From contig CBDCTH010000012.1 in assembly GCA_965222155.1 (NCBI GenBank), positions 1,216,001 through 1,280,000 of the forward strand: a stretch of 64,000 nt of DNA. The letters are read 5' to 3'. Of this stretch, positions 29,400 to 39,824 are shown one piece after another. The notes under the pieces are model-generated. The model worked only from the letters and a program-made list of their open reading frames with translations. It searched no databases and was not told the DNA's origin. This DNA comes from Gammaproteobacteria bacterium. Lineage in GTDB: Bacteria; Pseudomonadota; Gammaproteobacteria; Eutrophobiales; Eutrophobiaceae. A program made the position numbers and the translations under genes. Each line of letters starts with the position of its first letter. Position 1 is the first letter of the stretch.

Positions 29400-30181
29400 C
29401 AGAGTATTTTTGTTGCCAGTAATTTCTTGGTTTCAGCAATGGCCTTGGCGGGGTTCAAGCCTTTCGGGCAGGTATTGGTGCAATTCATGATCGTGTGGCA
29501 ACGATACAGGCTGAACGGGTCTTCCAGTTCACCCAGTCGCTCCTCGGTGTTCTCGTCCCGGCTGTCTATTATCCAGCGGTAGGCCTGCAATAAAATCGCC
29601 GGTCCCAGGTAGCGGTCGCTGTTCCACCAGTAACTCGGACAGGCCGTAGAGCAGCAGGCGCACAGGATGCATTCGTATAAACCATCGAGTTTTTCCCGGT
29701 CTTGCTTGGTTTGCAGGCGCTCACTCTGGTCCGGGGCAGGGGAGCGGGTCTGCATCCAGGGTTTGATGGAGGTGTACTGTGCATAGAACTGGCTCAGGTC
29801 AGGGACCAGGTCCTTGACAACCGGAGTATGGGGCAGAGGATATATATTGATGTCGTGTTTAATAGCGCTGATGGTTTTGGTGCATGCCAGCGTGTTGACG
29901 CCGTCGATGTTCATGGCGCAGGAACCGCAGATGCCCTCGCGGCAGGAGCGCCGAAAGGTCAGGGTCGAGTCGATTCCATTCTTGACATGGATAAGCGCAT
30001 CCAGGACCATCTGGCCGCATTTCTCCAGGTCGACCTCATAGGTGTCCATTCTGGGGTTATCGCTCGTATCCGGATCCCAGCGGTAGACCCGCAGGGTTTT
30101 TTTCCGCGTCACGTTGCCGTTCAGCAGAAATGTTTTTCCCTGCTTCACTTTCGAATTTTTCGGCAATGTAAATTGCGCCAC
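29399..30181 (-). CDS. sdhB: Succinate dehydrogenase iron-sulfur subunit
   Basis: [34 protein letters not shown]. Confidence 0.97.
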   Translation of the reverse strand: MAQFTLPKNSKVKQGKTFLLNGNVTRKKTLRVYRWDPDTSDNPRMDTYEVDLEKCGQMVLDALIHVKNGIDSTLTFRRSCREGICGSCAMNIDGVNTLACTKTISAIKHDINIYPLPHTPVVKDLVPDLSQFYAQYTSIKPWMQTRSPAPDQSERLQTKQDREKLDGLYECILCACCSTACPSYWWNSDRYLGPAILLQAYRWIIDSRDENTEERLGELEDPFSLYRCHTIMNCTNTCPKGLNPAKAIAETKKLLATKIL

Positions 30182-30199
30182 TGTTGTTCTCTTTGGTTA

Positions 30200-30296
30200 T
30201 ATCCACAGATTACGCAGATTTTCACAGATTAAAAAGACAGGTCTGTTGTATTTTTTCATCTGCGTGCATCTGCGTGCATCTGCGTAATCTGCGGAT
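30200..30296. repeat. Empty GCAGAT-repeat inverted element between sdhA and sdhB
   Basis: ATCCACAGATTACGCAGATTTTCACAGAT ... (ATCTGCGTGC)2 ATCTGCGTAATCTGCGGAT. Confidence 0.85.
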
Positions 30297-30309
30297 TTTC
30301 ATTTGCGGA

Positions 30310-32103
30310 TTAATATACTCTCTTTTTCGGCGGCACCGTTTCCACTTCATCCGTCAGGGTGTACAGGTGTACCGGCCGGTAATCAAATTTCACCCTGCCC
30401 GAATCTGGATCCAGCCATGATAAGGTATGCTTCATCCAGCTTTCATCATCCCGTTCCGGGTAATCCTCCCGGGCATGAGCGCCGCGGCTCTCCTTGCGGT
30501 TTGCGGCAGAGCGGATGCTCACCTGTGCGCATTGCAACAGGTTTTCCAGTTCCAGGGTCTCGACCAGGTCGGTATTCCAGACCAGGGAACGATCCGCGGT
30601 GCTGACGTTATTGAATGACTGGTAAACAGTATCCATTTTTTCGACACCTTCCGCAAGTATTTCACCGCTGCGGAAGACTGCGGCATTGGTTTGCATGGTA
30701 CGCTGCATGTTGTTCCTGATTTCGGCGGTACGCATGTCGCCATCGGCATAACGAAGGCGGTCAAACCGTGCTATGGCCTGCTCAGTCGCTGAGGCGCCAA
30801 GGGGTTTGTGGGGGGAGCCGGGTTTGATTTCCCGGGCGGCGCACAGGGCCGCGCCGCGGCCGAACACGATGAGGTCCAGCAGGCTGTTTGAGCCGAGACG
30901 ATTGGCGCCATGGACCGATACACAGGCAGCTTCGCCGATTGCCATGAGGCCGGGGGCGATACTGTCGGGATTGCCGTCCTTCAATGTCACCATCTGCCCG
31001 TGGTAATTAGTCGGGATCCCGCCCATGTTGTAATGCACCGTAGGCAGGACGGGAATGGGCGCCCTGGAAACGTCCACTCCGGCGAAGATGTGGGCCGACT
31101 CTGCGATCCCGGGCAGGCGTTCGTTGATCACATCCGGTCCCAGGTGTTCCAGGTGCAGGTAGAGGTGGTCCCGTTCCGGGCCAATCCCGCGCCCCTCCCG
31201 GATTTCAATAGTCATGGAGCGGCTGACCACGTCCCGCGAAGCCAGGTCCTTGGCATTGGGGGCGTAACGCTCCATGAACCTTTCGCCCTCCGAATTGGTC
31301 AGGTAGCCGCCTTCGCCGCGCACCCCCTCTGTGATCAATACGCCGGCGCCGTAAATGCCGGTAGGGTGGAATTGAATGAATTCCATGTCCTGCAGAGGCA
31401 GGCCGGCGCGCAGTACCATGGCATTGCCGTCACCGGTGCAGGTATGGGCGGAGGTACAGGAGAAATAGGCGCGACCATAGCCTCCCGTAGCCAGGACCAC
31501 GGTGTGGGCGCGGAAGCAGTGCAGGTCGCCCTTCTCCAGGTCCCAGGCCAGGACCCCCCGGCATACGCCTGCGTCATCCATGATCAGGTCGATGGCAAAA
31601 TATTCGATGAAGAACTCGGCGTTATGCTTCAAGGACTGCTGGTACAAAGTATGCAGAATGGCGTGGCCGGTGCGGTCCGCCGCGGCGCAGGTACGTTGCG
31701 CCGTGCCTTCACCATAGTTGGTCGTCATCCCACCGAACGGGCGCTGATAAATTTTACCGTCCGTGGTGCGCGAGAAGGGTACGCCGTAATGCTCCAGTTC
31801 AATCACCGCAGCAGCGGCCTCCTTGCACATATACTCGATGGCGTCCTGGTCGCCCAGCCAGTCCGACCCCTTGATGGTATCGTACATATGCCAGCGCCAG
31901 TCATCCTCGCCCATATTGCCCAGGGCCGCGCTCATGCCCCCCTGGGCCGCAACGGTGTGACTGCGGGTGGGAAAGACCTTGGTGATGCAAGCCGTTTTCA
32001 GCCCTTTCTCGGCCATGCCGAAGGTAGCGCGCAGCCCGGCGCCGCCGGCTCCCACGACGAGGATATCGTATTCATGTTGAATGAGTTGATAGCTTGCGCT
32101 CAT
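30310..32103 (-). CDS. sdhA: Succinate dehydrogenase flavoprotein subunit
   Basis: [35 protein letters not shown]. Confidence 0.97.
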   Translation of the reverse strand: MSASYQLIQHEYDILVVGAGGAGLRATFGMAEKGLKTACITKVFPTRSHTVAAQGGMSAALGNMGEDDWRWHMYDTIKGSDWLGDQDAIEYMCKEAAAAVIELEHYGVPFSRTTDGKIYQRPFGGMTTNYGEGTAQRTCAAADRTGHAILHTLYQQSLKHNAEFFIEYFAIDLIMDDAGVCRGVLAWDLEKGDLHCFRAHTVVLATGGYGRAYFSCTSAHTCTGDGNAMVLRAGLPLQDMEFIQFHPTGIYGAGVLITEGVRGEGGYLTNSEGERFMERYAPNAKDLASRDVVSRSMTIEIREGRGIGPERDHLYLHLEHLGPDVINERLPGIAESAHIFAGVDVSRAPIPVLPTVHYNMGGIPTNYHGQMVTLKDGNPDSIAPGLMAIGEAACVSVHGANRLGSNSLLDLIVFGRGAALCAAREIKPGSPHKPLGASATEQAIARFDRLRYADGDMRTAEIRNNMQRTMQTNAAVFRSGEILAEGVEKMDTVYQSFNNVSTADRSLVWNTDLVETLELENLLQCAQVSIRSAANRKESRGAHAREDYPERDDESWMKHTLSWLDPDSGRVKFDYRPVHLYTLTDEVETVPPKKRVY

Positions 32104-32105
32104 TG

Positions 32106-32477
32106 TTACAGGCCCAGGTGGATTTTCATTACCGCCAGGACGGAAGCGAGAGCGCACAGCGTTGCCAGGAACCTTACCAGGATAATAGCCGCCGTCTTTT
32201 GCCGTTCATTTGCAACGTAGTCTTCGATTACCTCGTGCATACCGGATTGGGCGTGAAAAAACAAAGTGGGAATGAACAGAATGAACAGGATAACGCTGGA
32301 CGGAGTTGTAAGCCAATCCCGCACCACGGCATATTCCAGTGACGCCAGCGTGGATAAATCATAGATGAACCATAACGAGAGAGGGAGCAGGGCAACGGCG
32401 GAAAGCCGTTGATACCACCAGCGCCGGATACTTTCTCCGGCACTTTCGGTCCCGGGAAACAGGAGTCGCCTGATCAC
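32106..32477 (-). CDS. sdhD: Succinate dehydrogenase hydrophobic anchor subunit
   Basis: [23 protein letters not shown]. Confidence 0.92.
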   Translation of the reverse strand: MIRRLLFPGTESAGESIRRWWYQRLSAVALLPLSLWFIYDLSTLASLEYAVVRDWLTTPSSVILFILFIPTLFFHAQSGMHEVIEDYVANERQKTAAIILVRFLATLCALASVLAVMKIHLGL

Positions 32478-32854
32478 CAGATACTCCCTGCACAGAAGGT
32501 CATGATTGTCAGCAAAACCGTGGCAATCACCACCGCATAACCGCTACGATACGTCGTAGTAATTTCCAGTCCCAGGCCCATATCCCAGAATAGATGCCGG
32601 ACACCGTTGCAGAGGTGGTAGTACAGCGAAAACACAAAGCCGATGACGACAACCTGGCCGTACCAGGCGGCAACGTGCCGGTTGATTACGGCGTATACCT
32701 CCGCGCCCGCGGCAACCGACACCAGCCAGCAGCACAGCAACACGGCGCCTGCACTCAAAAAGACACCCGTGATGCGGTGCGAGATGGACAGCATCGATGT
32801 CAACTGCGGCCTGTACTGCAAAAAAGGCGACAGCGGAGTTTGCGAGTTCGTCAT
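32474..32854 (-). CDS. sdhC: Succinate dehydrogenase cytochrome b556 subunit
   Basis: PLSP, SISHRITG, YHLCNGVRHLFWD. Confidence 0.95.
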   Translation of the reverse strand: MTNSQTPLSPFLQYRPQLTSMLSISHRITGVFLSAGAVLLCCWLVSVAAGAEVYAVINRHVAAWYGQVVVIGFVFSLYYHLCNGVRHLFWDMGLGLEITTTYRSGYAVVIATVLLTIMTFCAGSIW

Positions 32855-32926
32855 TTATTCCCCACTTGAAAAAAGGCACATTATACAGAAACCGTACTAT
32901 TCTTTGATGCCTGATGTCCTTAATTT

Positions 32927-33027
32927 CAGCAACTCCTGCTAAATCGATGTCAACAAGACACAGGGGACAGATTTAAATCTGTCCCCCAAGAGTCACTGTA
33001 TTGATCTCGATTTAGCGGGAGCACTTG
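32927..33027. mobile_element. MITE (copy 2, short) with near-perfect 9-bp TSD
   Basis: CAGCAACTCCTGCTAA...TTAGCGGGAGCACTTG; flanks CCTTAATTT / CCTTAATTA. Confidence 0.85.
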
Positions 33028-34054
33028 CCTTAATTATATGAGCATACGAAATCCATCCGTAATACAGCGGGAGCTTCTGTCTTAAGTTCATGTCGCCGTC
33101 AGGACCCGACAAATCAAAGGTGACAAAAAGAGGCAGGTGATCCGAATACTCGCCCGCCCCGGTATCAAAAAACGCCTCCGCCTCAAGCAGCAGGCTATCC
33201 ACAGCTTGGTTGTAAATGATGTGATCGATGGCGTATGGGTATTTCCGATTATAAGGCTGCGGATGCTCAACCCCGTGAAGCGCTTTCTCCAGGTCAACGT
33301 ATGCTCCGCCTTTTCCGCCGGATTCCAGCCGTACCCACACCTCGTCGCCCAACTGGTCAAGCTGCCTGTTGAAATCGCCGGCAATGATGAAATCCTGTTG
33401 CAGGCGGGCACGGGCATTGATCCAGGCGGATAACGCGTCAACCTGTCCATGGAGTATGACGCAATCCGGTTTGAGTTGTTTACCTGATATAGCCTGGTAC
33501 GTACATCTCGATTTCAGGTGTATGGAAAGCAGGTGTAGCGGAGGTCGGGCAGGGATGGATCCGGCTTCAACCTGTTCCAGGATGAGATAGACGCCCCAGC
33601 GCCCGGAATCATGCGTTCCCTGTAGTTCCCTGACGTCCGGTTGACGAACCGCCCTCATCCCCAGTCGTTCAGTAATATCTTTGCGAACGGCAAATCCCGT
33701 GCGCTGCATCAACCTGCTCTGAGGGACGTCATAGCAGTCCAGAAATTTCCGGGTCGGCCTTTCCGAAACATGAATATCATAGTCCGAAGCGGGGAACACC
33801 CTCTTTGCCGCGTGCAGGTCTTCCACTTCCTGGAACGCAACTACGTCCGCATTGGCCCGATTCAGGTATTTCCTGATAGCGTCGTATTCAGCAGTATCCC
33901 TTGGTCGGCAGCCCTGCGCGTTATTTGCCGCCAGGTGTTCAATATTCCAGGCGGCCAGGGTAACAGTCGGGTCTGCGGCAATACCTGAGACAGGCGCTAA
34001 TATCAGCAGTATTGTGGTAACCAGCCGGCCTGTCATCAGTCTGTAGCGTTCCAT
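32993..34054 (-). CDS. Exported endonuclease/exonuclease/phosphatase family protein
   Basis: Signal peptide, AAWNIEHL, AFQEVE, IHLKS, AGDFNR, IDHI, SDHLP. Confidence 0.88.
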   Translation of the reverse strand: MERYRLMTGRLVTTILLILAPVSGIAADPTVTLAAWNIEHLAANNAQGCRPRDTAEYDAIRKYLNRANADVVAFQEVEDLHAAKRVFPASDYDIHVSERPTRKFLDCYDVPQSRLMQRTGFAVRKDITERLGMRAVRQPDVRELQGTHDSGRWGVYLILEQVEAGSIPARPPLHLLSIHLKSRCTYQAISGKQLKPDCVILHGQVDALSAWINARARLQQDFIIAGDFNRQLDQLGDEVWVRLESGGKGGAYVDLEKALHGVEHPQPYNRKYPYAIDHIIYNQAVDSLLLEAEAFFDTGAGEYSDHLPLFVTFDLSGPDGDMNLRQKLPLYYGWISYAHIIKASAPAKSRSIQ

Positions 34055-34082
34055 GCCGGCACTTCACCAGCAAGACATGAAG

Positions 34083-34244
34083 TCAAAAATCCACACAACG
34101 ACCCTTTCTTTCCCAGTCTCCGTAGCGGGTGGGTTCCGGCCCTTTGGGTCCGCCGATTTCTTCAGCCTTTTTCTCGTTACTGTTTTCTACCGGACGGTCT
34201 TGCTGGGGCTGGATTTGCTGTTTCGTGATTTCTTTTTTGGTCAT
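34083..34244 (-). CDS. DUF1674 / SDHAF4(Sdh8)-like small protein, 53 aa (absent from the ORF track)
   Basis: Manual translation MTKKEITKQQ...EIGGPKGPEPTRYGDWERKGRCVDF*. Confidence 0.9.
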   Translation of the reverse strand: MTKKEITKQQIQPQQDRPVENSNEKKAEEIGGPKGPEPTRYGDWERKGRCVDF

Positions 34245-34384
34245 TGACTTATGCTATCAAAATCTACAGTATCCTGATGTTTTGGGAATTTCCATATGCG
34301 GATACGTCTTTCCCGACAGAAAAAACACAGTATGTAAACAATCAAAATGGAATGCAAGCGAAAGGACCGCCAGACATAATCGGC

Positions 34385-34807
34385 ATGGAAGCCCCACTGG
34401 AACTGCCGATTTTCATTCATTACCGGCCCTCAATGAGGGTTGCCGTGTTCAATACCCTGGTGCATTTCGGGGCGATTTTCTGCCTGTTCCTGGCGGAAAT
34501 TCCAGCCACTGTCATGGGATTAATCGGCGCCTGCGTGCTGATCCATTACGGGTTTTACATAAAGCGATTCCTCTCTCCGGAAAACATCTGTTTCAAGCTG
34601 GATAAACACGACCAATGGCAGATATTGAGGGACAACGACGAAGCTGGCGACCTGAGATTACTGCCCGGTCCGCTAGTCCATCCGCAGCTCGTGGTTCTCC
34701 GCTTCAAAGACACAACGGGCCGGACTTATTCCTGTGTGCTGACCCACGACAACCTGGATAAACAGAGCTTGAGACGATTACGCGTCAGACTGCGCTGGCA
34801 GCATTAA
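34385..34807 (+). CDS. ygfX: YgfX/CptA-family membrane protein
   Basis: Two N-terminal TM segments, LVHPQLVVLRF, DNLDKQSLRRLRVRLRW; lies near sdhE/ygfZ. Confidence 0.75.
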   Translation: MEAPLELPIFIHYRPSMRVAVFNTLVHFGAIFCLFLAEIPATVMGLIGACVLIHYGFYIKRFLSPENICFKLDKHDQWQILRDNDEAGDLRLLPGPLVHPQLVVLRFKDTTGRTYSCVLTHDNLDKQSLRRLRVRLRWQH

Positions 34808-35030
34808 TCTGGATGGACGTCAATTGAAATTCTAGCCCGGATTTCTCACCAGATGATGCGATGATCGTCGCCTCTGGCAGCATTAATCTGGATGGACGTC
34901 AATTGAAATTCTAGCCCGGATTTCTCACCAGATGATGCGATGATCGTCGCCTCTGGCAGCATTAATCTGGATGGACGTCAATTGAAATTCTAGCCCGGAT
35001 TTCTCACCAGATGATGCGATGATGTCGCCT
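34795..35030 (+). repeat. Three tandem copies of a 79-bp unit
   Basis: Units start at 34795, 34874, 34953; each includes the ygfX stop and CTAGCCCGGATTTCTCAC. Confidence 0.92.
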
Positions 35031-35056
35031 CCGGGGTCGGGATGATGTCGCCTCCG

Positions 35057-35300
35057 GGGTCGGACCAACGTAATCTATTGATCTTGTTATATAAAATGTT
35101 GTTTATAGGCCTGATTTAAGGCTTAAAACGCGTTTTTGACGGTGAAAAACATCACTTTAAGACAGAGTAACAGGCTACGATGGTAAGCGACATTTCTTAT
35201 AATGCTCATTTTCATGACAAAAATCGCCCTTTAAGGTTGAAAAAGGCCATATATAGAAGTGTAAATTCAATAAAATCAAATATTTACCCTGGTCCGACCC
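35057..35300. repeat. GGGTCGGACC inverted pair enclosing an AT-rich spacer (REP-like)
   Basis: GGGTCGGACC at 35057, GGTCCGACCC at 35291; the same word occurs as direct copies at 24867 and 25022. Confidence 0.6.
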
Positions 35301-35323
35301 TCACAGAACGGGCCGCATCTACG

Positions 35324-36154
35324 TCATCGACGGGCCGTCCTCCAGGCTATCCAGAGTTTTCTGACAGGGGTTAAGGAGATACGGGCGTGGGTGATTGACA
35401 CAGGGCTGGATTGATATTCCCGGCACAGGGCGCTCAGTATTTTCAGCATGGTCCGGGAAAACAGCAGTTCGTGTGCTTTTTCTCCCGGCAGGTTAGTCAG
35501 GCAGGTCTGTACTTCGTTCTGTATCAGTTCAAATACTTCTGTGAAGAATGCTGTTCCGGCGTCACCGGACTCTGGTTGAATGATTGTTTCCAGGTTGAGG
35601 TTATGTTTGGACAGTAGTTCAGCGGGGAGTATGTTGAGGCCGAGTCTGGCGAAGTGTCTGACGTGGTGGAGCAGTTCAAATGCGCCGTAACAGCAACCTG
35701 CAGTGGCCAGGGTGGCCAGCCTGGCCTGGTTTGTACAGCCGCAGGCCTGGCCTGCGGCTTTCCAGATGTTGCCGGAGGTGGCGTTATGCTGTTCCAGCCA
35801 GTCGCGGTAGGCGTCGGCATCCGACGCGTCAAGCATCTGCGCCATTGTCGCAACACAACCCATCATTTCCTGTTGAGACAGATAGTCAGCGCTATCGAGT
35901 TGGGACAATTCCTGGGTGACGGGGTGCTTCGGCTCGCCGGAAAACAGCCTGCCGATCTCTTCAAACCACCAGTACAGGGTGACACGTGCTGCGCCGGGGT
36001 CTGATGACGAATAGACCACCTCGCTGAGTTCCTGGTGAAAAGCAAACAGGGCGTGCAGTTTCCGCTTGCCTGGTGGGTCATGATACAAGGTCGAGTAATA
36101 CAGGTTGGAACCGGCAGGGGCGGCTTTATTGCGACAGTATTGGTCCGGCGTCAT
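35324..36154 (-). CDS. Squalene/phytoene synthase family protein (HpnD-like, degenerate motifs)
   Basis: MTPDQYCRNKAAPAGSNLYYS, HPVTQEL, ISLTPVRKLWIAW. Confidence 0.82.
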   Translation of the reverse strand: MTPDQYCRNKAAPAGSNLYYSTLYHDPPGKRKLHALFAFHQELSEVVYSSSDPGAARVTLYWWFEEIGRLFSGEPKHPVTQELSQLDSADYLSQQEMMGCVATMAQMLDASDADAYRDWLEQHNATSGNIWKAAGQACGCTNQARLATLATAGCCYGAFELLHHVRHFARLGLNILPAELLSKHNLNLETIIQPESGDAGTAFFTEVFELIQNEVQTCLTNLPGEKAHELLFSRTMLKILSALCREYQSSPVSITHARISLTPVRKLWIAWRTARR

Positions 36155-36820
36155 CAGCCGTCAGCCTGAACCCAGGACAGAATTTCTTCCGGGCTATCTA
36201 CCAGACCGTCGGCGCCCCAGTTTTCCGGGTTCTCAGTCTTATCGATATATCCGTAAGCAGCCACCAGGGTCGTCATCCCGGCGTTTGCTCCTGCTTCGAT
36301 GTCACGCCGCGCATCCCCCACATACAAGGTCTCTTCCGGCCTGCACTGCAATAGTTCACAGGCATGGAACAACGGCGCGGGATGAGGTTTGCGGTACTCC
36401 AGCGTGTCGCCCGAGACGATGCAATCGGTGCGCGTGTCCAGTTGCAGCATCTGCATGAGCGGGTTGGTCAGCCAGCCGGGTTTATTGGTGACGATGCCCC
36501 AGCAGGCATTTATCTCTTCCAGTCTGGCCAGTACCTGCTCCATCCCCGGGAACAGGTGGCTGTGGTTAGAGAGGTTGTCCCGGTATATTGCCAGGAACTC
36601 ATTACGCAACGGGGTAAAATCCGGGTCGGTCTCATCCAGGCCGAACCCCAACTTTATCATTGACACACCTCCCAGGGAAACACTGGGTCGGATCGCCTCA
36701 AACGCTAATGGTTTCCTGCCGTGATTGACAAGGGTCTGGTTCAGCGCATTAGCCAGGTCAGGAGCGGTGTCCACCAGGGTACCGTCCAGATCAAACAGGA
36801 CATGTTTGACGCTATTGTTC
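36154..36820 (-). CDS. gph: HAD hydrolase, phosphoglycolate phosphatase / MupP-like
   Basis: LFDLDGTLVDTAPDL, RKPHPAPL, YVGDARRDIEAG. Confidence 0.85.
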
Positions 36821-36857
36821 ATGTGCCTGTTGGTAGAGTTATGGTGAATACCGGTAA

Positions 36858-37568
36858 TCAATCTGTGAGCTGTGCATGAAGCAGGTAGTTAATACCGGGA
36901 TCATTGGTCAATGAGCAGTACCTGAGACCGGGGATGTAAAGCATTCCCCTGATATCCATCACCCTGAAATTCGCCTTGCGCAACCAGCGATCCAACTCCG
37001 ACGGGCGGATGAAGCCGGCGTAGTCATGGGTGCCTTTGGCGAGCAGGCCGAACAATCGTTCGGCGCCTATAACTGCGCCTAGATAGGATTTCAGGTTACG
37101 GTTGATGGTTGCCAGGATCAGGTGGCCGCCGGGCCGTAATAAACGGGCGCAGGTAAGCAGGAGCGCTTCCGGGTCAGGCACGTGCTCGAGTAATTCCATG
37201 CAGGTCAGAATGTCAAAATTGTTGGAATTATCCGTGGCGAAATCCTCCAGTCGGGCAGCGCTATATTCGATCTTCAGGCTGTTTTCCCGTGCATGTTGTC
37301 TGGCGACCCGGATTACTGCTTCGCCAGCGTCAAGGCCCTGAACCTGCGCACCCGCGCGCGCCAGCGCTTCCGTCAGAATGCCGCCTCCACAGCCAATGTC
37401 GAGCACGCGCCTGCCATCGAGCGGCACATTGTCAGTGATATAGTTTAATCGAATCGGATTTATGTCGTGCAGAGTTTGCAACGGGCCGCCACTATCCCAC
37501 CAATCATGCGCCAGTCGGCTGAATTTATCTACCTCATCCGGGTTGATATTGTCCTGATGGTTATTCAT
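36858..37568 (-). CDS. ubiG: Ubiquinone biosynthesis O-methyltransferase
   Basis: LHDINPIRL, VLDIGCGGGIL, CMELLEHVPDP, GTHDY. Confidence 0.96.
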   Translation of the reverse strand: MNNHQDNINPDEVDKFSRLAHDWWDSGGPLQTLHDINPIRLNYITDNVPLDGRRVLDIGCGGGILTEALARAGAQVQGLDAGEAVIRVARQHARENSLKIEYSAARLEDFATDNSNNFDILTCMELLEHVPDPEALLLTCARLLRPGGHLILATINRNLKSYLGAVIGAERLFGLLAKGTHDYAGFIRPSELDRWLRKANFRVMDIRGMLYIPGLRYCSLTNDPGINYLLHAQLTD

Positions 37569-37685
37569 GAAGAAAGGATAACGTGAATCTTGTAGAATCT
37601 GATTGTCTTATTCCTTGTCTTATTCCTTTGCCTGTTTGATTAATAAGTGATAATTTATTACAGAGCAACTGAGGTGTGATGAATT

Positions 37686-38912
37686 ATGGCGTCTATTCTA
37701 AATGATCGTGCAAGCGAGCCACAAGAGGTTCCGGCAGATACGCACACGACAGATGAAAATGTAAAAAAATCACAGCTGCGCAAAGAAGAGCGGTTGCTGG
37801 AGTTTATCTCCCGGCGTTTCAGAGAAAGCGCAGTCGGTTTTGAAGTGATACTTCGGGATGGAACTATACACAGCATAGGTGCGGGCTCGCCGCGCTTCAA
37901 AATAAAGATAACCCACCCCAAAGGTATCCGGGCTCTTGCTTCTTTTGATGAAGGGATTGTCGCGAATGCCTATATCAACGGCTGGTTCGACATCCAGGGC
38001 GATATCATTGCAATGTATGACTTGCGCGGGTATTTTCAGGATAGACACCTGTTCAGATGGTTTTGGCGTTTCATAGCGCCGGTGCTGCTAGGGCAGGTCG
38101 CGGTCAATAAATCGGCAATAAGCCGTCATTACGAACGAGACCATTCATTTTACCTTTCATTCCTGGACGAAGAATTCCGTTGTTACACCCAGGGAGTGTT
38201 CAAATCACCTGATGAACCGCTCTCGGTAGCGATACGCCGGAAAATGGATTTTATTCTTAAACAATGCAAGATGACACCCGGTAGTGAAGTACTGGATATC
38301 GGTGTCGGTTGGGGTTCGTTTGCGGAATACGCAGCACGCAAAGGCATAAAGGTGACCGGCCTTACCATTGCCGAGCAGTCATTTAAGTTCATGCAGCAAC
38401 TGACTGCAGAGCAGGATCTACCGATAACCACCAAGTTGATGGACGTCTTGGAGTACAAACCTAAAAAACAGTTCGATGCCATTACCATATTGGGTGTGAT
38501 GGAACACCTACCCAACTATAGTGAGGTACTCAAGTGTTTTAATCGGTTGCTCAAACCAGGTGGTTACGTATTTCTCGACGCCAGCGCCATACCCCGGAAA
38601 TACGAGATTTCATCCTTTGTTTCACAACACATATACCCCGGTAACCATTCCTTCTTCGTGCTTCACGACTTCCTGAAATCATTGGCCTCCATGCCGTTTG
38701 ATTTGAAAGGCGTATGGGATGACAGGCACAGCTACTACCTGACTTTTGTCCATTGGGCGCAGCGTTTCGATAACAACCGGGAATTCATTATCAAAAAATT
38801 CGGTGAGGCAGATTACCGGCGTTTCCGGTTATACCTGTGGGGGTCGGCAAACTGCTTCCTGCGCAACCGTCTGCAATGCTACCGCCTGGTGCTGCAAAAG
38901 CAGATGATGTAG
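37686..38912 (+). CDS. Cyclopropane-fatty-acyl-phospholipid synthase family methyltransferase
   Basis: ISRHYE, VLDIGVGWG, GVMEH, YIYPG-like motif, RFRLYLWGSA. Confidence 0.85.
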   Translation: MASILNDRASEPQEVPADTHTTDENVKKSQLRKEERLLEFISRRFRESAVGFEVILRDGTIHSIGAGSPRFKIKITHPKGIRALASFDEGIVANAYINGWFDIQGDIIAMYDLRGYFQDRHLFRWFWRFIAPVLLGQVAVNKSAISRHYERDHSFYLSFLDEEFRCYTQGVFKSPDEPLSVAIRRKMDFILKQCKMTPGSEVLDIGVGWGSFAEYAARKGIKVTGLTIAEQSFKFMQQLTAEQDLPITTKLMDVLEYKPKKQFDAITILGVMEHLPNYSEVLKCFNRLLKPGGYVFLDASAIPRKYEISSFVSQHIYPGNHSFFVLHDFLKSLASMPFDLKGVWDDRHSYYLTFVHWAQRFDNNREFIIKKFGEADYRRFRLYLWGSANCFLRNRLQCYRLVLQKQMM

Positions 38913-38973
38913 AGACGCTATTGTATATACCTACTATCGCTAATTTAAGTTATCCCGGATAAAAAACAGGAAA

Positions 38974-39039
38974 GCCACAGAGAACACAGAGAAAAACAGG
39001 TTTGTCAACCTTCTCGGTCCACTCTGTGATCTCTGTGGC
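38974..39039. repeat. CACAGAG micro-repeat inverted element
   Basis: GCCACAGAGAACACAGAG ... CTCTGTGATCTCTGTGGC. Confidence 0.8.
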
Positions 39040-39065
39040 AAAACAACTCTGCAGATTGATCCAGA

Positions 39066-39722
39066 CTACAAGTTTTTGAGCAGGATACCGCCTCGTTTTT
39101 TGAATCTTTCCGTCGCCAGCTCGGTAAAACGGTCGATGATACTGCCCTGCACCGATGGCCGGGCCAGGATGGCGTCACTCCAGGCCAGCACACGGCTGCA
39201 CCCCGGCGGGATCACATCATCGAGCGCCTGCTTCAACAGGTATTCTATGCGGATAAAAACGGGCGCATAGGCCGCGTCGATCAATGAGAATGCCGCGCCG
39301 TTGAAAAAGGGAGCGGCCGTCAGGTTTTTGTCCAGAAACTCGAATTTGTCCCTCAAGGCCTGTAACGATTGCTCCAGGATGTCCTCGTCGTCCGTAACCA
39401 CCATCCTGAATGACAGGTTGGATAATTCCGAACCGAACTCTATCCATGCCCGGTTTACGGCCTTTTGCAATGGCTCTTCCGGGTGCATGGACGGGGGGGT
39501 AATTTCATCCAGATATTCGTTTATGACTGCCGATTCAAACAGGATGTTGCCGTCTATTTTCAGTACGGGCACTTTCCCCAGGGGCGAGATCCGTAAAAAC
39601 CAGTCAGGCTTATTGGCCAGGTCTATATTGGTCCGCTTATACGGAATATCCTTTTCCAGCAAGGTAATGACCGAGCGCTGCACAAACGGACACAGATCGA
39701 AACTGATCAACTCAATTTCCAT
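39066..39722 (-). CDS. Glutathione S-transferase family protein
   Basis: CPFVQRS, SPLGKVPVL, LFESAVINEYLDE. Confidence 0.93.
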   Translation of the reverse strand: MEIELISFDLCPFVQRSVITLLEKDIPYKRTNIDLANKPDWFLRISPLGKVPVLKIDGNILFESAVINEYLDEITPPSMHPEEPLQKAVNRAWIEFGSELSNLSFRMVVTDDEDILEQSLQALRDKFEFLDKNLTAAPFFNGAAFSLIDAAYAPVFIRIEYLLKQALDDVIPPGCSRVLAWSDAILARPSVQGSIIDRFTELATERFKKRGGILLKNL

Positions 39723-39824
39723 AGGAAAAAACCAGTGATCAACTACCCGAATACGGATTCGGGATGATGTGCTCTTCAGCTTCTGAACTCATCATTGTCT
39801 GCGGCAGTGATCAACAAGTGTGAG

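Noticed and set aside
30910-32220. 436-aa plus-strand ORF
   Set aside because: Antisense shadow of sdhA caused by codon bias; no recognisable motifs.
34795-35030. CRISPR array
   Set aside because: The units are identical end to end with no unique spacers, and no cas genes are present.
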